64,000 bases of DNA, from the NCBI GenBank assembly GCA_030295235.1, contig AP026136.1, positions 124,001 to 188,000 on the forward strand. The letters are read 5' to 3'. The position numbers and the translations under genes are program-made. The DNA comes from Fistulifera solaris. Lineage: Eukaryota. The notes beneath the pieces were generated by a model. That model saw only the letters and a list, made by a program, of their open reading frames with translations, was not told the origin of the DNA and made no database searches. Shown here piece by piece: positions 61,455 through 64,000 of this stretch (positions within the stretch are counted from its first letter, which is position 1; every line of letters begins with the position of its first letter).

Positions 61455-64000
61455 TGGTTGCTTCTCACCCATGGAAAGACTCAACAAAATACGGTCCATG
61501 TCAGCATCTCGACCTTCTTCCACAAATTGCACTAACTTGTGTTCATCAATCCATTGGATCAATTCTTGCACGGTAAATATGCCATCTGAGTTCTCGTCCA
61601 TATTCTTGGCCAACTGCCGGGCTTCTTCCAAAGAAATCTTGCGTTTCAAAACTTGTTGGAGGACTTCGGCCAGTTCGTCTTGTGATAAAATTCCGTCCTT
61701 GTCCTTGTCTAAATAATGAAGTTTGTCGCCGATTTTCACTTCCGTTTCCGACAACTGCACTTCAATCTTGTCAACCATGGACTCGATGCGCTTTTTCAAA
61801 CGACGAATAACCACATCGTCTTCCGATTCCTCTGTCTCAGATGTTGTTGGCTCTTCCGTTGGACCCGTCGTCGTGACAGTGGTCGACTCGGCACTTTCCT
61901 TTGCGGCACGGTCTTCGCTTTCGCGGATGGATGATTCTACTAACTGGTCCGCTTCGTCGGACGACATGGGACCCCGTGGTGTGGCTTCTGGTACCGGTGC
62001 GGGTACTTTTTCTTCAGCAAGTTTGCCCGATTCTTTCTCCGGTGTTGTTTCGGGTTCGGGTTTCTCCTTTTGCATAGCGGCTTTAATTTTCTCTAACTGA
62101 GCACGCTCCATACTCACGGGATCTTCGGAAAGTAACTGGGAAATGGCATCCATTTCGGCAGAAGTCAGTGAATGCTCCGCTTTGGTCTCGGATATTTCCT
62201 CCGTACTTTCATTTGGAGAAGGCACTGCTTTCATTGACTCTGGCGCAGCAACGACCACTGGTTCTGCCTTGGTAGGCGTCGCTGTTGCAGACACAGGTTC
62301 TTCTATGGCAGCCTTCTCTGCCTCGGCTTCCGTCGCTGCTCCCGCCTCGGTTTTAACTTTTTGTTTCTTGGCTGCCTCGCGGGCCGCTTCTTCTTCACGA
62401 ATCAACTCATTCTGCTTCGACAAAACTTCTAATTTAATCTTTCGTACGTCGGGATTCGACATTTTTTCTTCGGATGTCGCCACATTCAAAATAACTTCGT
62501 TCAGTACTTCCTTGTCCAGACCCGAAATGGTATCCGCCAATCCCGCTAAAGATTCACGGGGTTTCTCTTCATCTGGTTTACGCTCAAAAGCTTCTTCTTG
62601 CAGGAAGAAGGTGCGACTCATGATGAGCAAGGAAATAGGGACATTCTTTTCAACACTCAACTCCAACCATTGAATCAACATGCGTTTGAACGCGTCCTTA
62701 CTCAAACCCGTCGAACGCATTCCTCGTTCCCGACAAGCTTCTCGTAATTCCATTTTAGTTAATGAATCAATGCCTTCCCACAAAATGCGTTGGTCGTCCT
62801 CTTTCAAAATACGAATTCGGTGTCTCAGTTGAAAACGCAAAAACGAGTCGGAACCGTAGGGAGGGATGCCCATGTATTTGCACATATTAATCAGTTGCAT
62901 CCGTGGCATATTGTCCAACGTCAGGTCGTCTTGAAAGTAAGTTGCATACTTGATAATCAACTCAGGCGGGATCGTTCGCCCGCTTCGAGCGCTTTCCAAG
63001 AATTCCAGCATGGATCGTGCGGAGTCTTCCTGTTCGTGCATTCCTACCTCGTCACCAGCTTCTTGTAGTTCTTTCGTTTTCTTTTTCGCTTTGCGTCGTT
63101 GTTCTTTGGCCAACTCCTCTAGTGTTCTTTTGAGTTTGGCGGAAAGCATGAATGAGAAACATCAATGATGATTTTAAAAAGGATGACTGGCAAACACAAA
63201 TGAAAACTTACTCATGGAAGAAACTTGCCATCGCAATGCGTGACTGTAATTCTCGTTTCATGTTTTCCTCATTCTTGAGCGAATCTTGAAAGGTACTAGG
63301 GAGCATGTTCGGGAAGAGACGCAGCACAAAGGGCAAGGCGAATTCACCCAACGGAATGATAATGAACATGCTGAATGGAACCATTCGAAACAAATCCGAT
63401 ACGGTTCGTAGCAATTGCTTCCGTTCACGACGCGTCAAGGAAGAACCTTGCAATGTCTTGACTACCAAACTGCGAGATGTTTGGATGTCAGCCCACAGCA
63501 ACTATACAATCCAAATTAAGCCATGAAGTAATGGTGAGGTTGTACAGTCATCATTCAGCAAAAAACCCAAATTTCACGTACCTTGAAACCAACCCAATAG
63601 TGATGTATTTCGTCCTTGACGGCCTGTTTCATGTCGGCATATTTCTTACGCGTCTCCGTCGGATGGGTCAAATAATAGTACAGATTCCCCGGCAACTGAA
63701 AAAGAACCGCAACAACGTCGTAAACGCCGAAATGATCCCATCGACACCTTTCCGTACAATACTCCGGGGACTGGCCTTTTGAGTGATTCCAATGGATTCA
63801 TCTCCGACTCGATTCCAGACGGTGGAGTCGGGATACGTGTCGGGTCGAGTTTGTGTTTGACCACCGGACGAGGTGCCGTCCGCGCGGCTACTGAAAGCGA
63901 AGGTGGGACCGATGACGACGATGAAGAGTCGGGAGTAGGAGTCGGAGATGTTGAAAATTGCGCCAATTGTTGCAACCAAGGGGATTGATTCGGAATGTTG
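61362..64000 (-). CDS. LETM1: LETM1 mitochondrial inner-membrane K+/Ca2+-H+ exchanger with EF-hands; 5' end lies outside the window
   Basis: Motifs HYWVGFK|LLWAD, LTRRERKQLLRT, DLFRMVPF, FPNMLPSTF, DDLTLDN and ELREACRERGM; EF-hands DKDKDGILSQDE and DENSDGIFTVQE; poly-Q tail from a (CAA)n tract at about 61418-61452. Introns 63502-63581 and 63127-63211. Indels near 63700 and 63778. Confidence 0.95.

Overview
This is gene-dense eukaryotic nuclear DNA, most likely from a pennate diatom. The evidence is an Lhcf/FCP antenna gene, RedCAP, several ASAFAP-type bipartite plastid leaders, a periplastid-type derlin, DUF6824 and HA-repeat proteins, and short GT-AG introns of about 60-150 nt. About 32 protein-coding loci can be modelled, including PP2C, a REXO1-like exonuclease, an IQ-repeat protein, a sulfatase, derlin, Lhcf, FIG4, PgsA, Nop10, SmD3, LAMTOR3, a GOLD protein, mL40, eIF6, plastid SecA, a C2-domain membrane protein, an EGY-like M50 protein, RedCAP, a URC1-type GTP cyclohydrolase and LETM1. 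More than 20 single-base indels in homopolymer runs split otherwise intact genes, which points to an unpolished long-read assembly rather than biology. The most striking feature is one spliced gene (52250-54213) that joins a signal peptide, a 2OG-Fe(II) dioxygenase-like domain, a Cys-rich domain and a Ctr-type copper transporter. No rRNA, tRNA or CRISPR array was found. All family assignments come from motif recognition by eye; no database searches were run.
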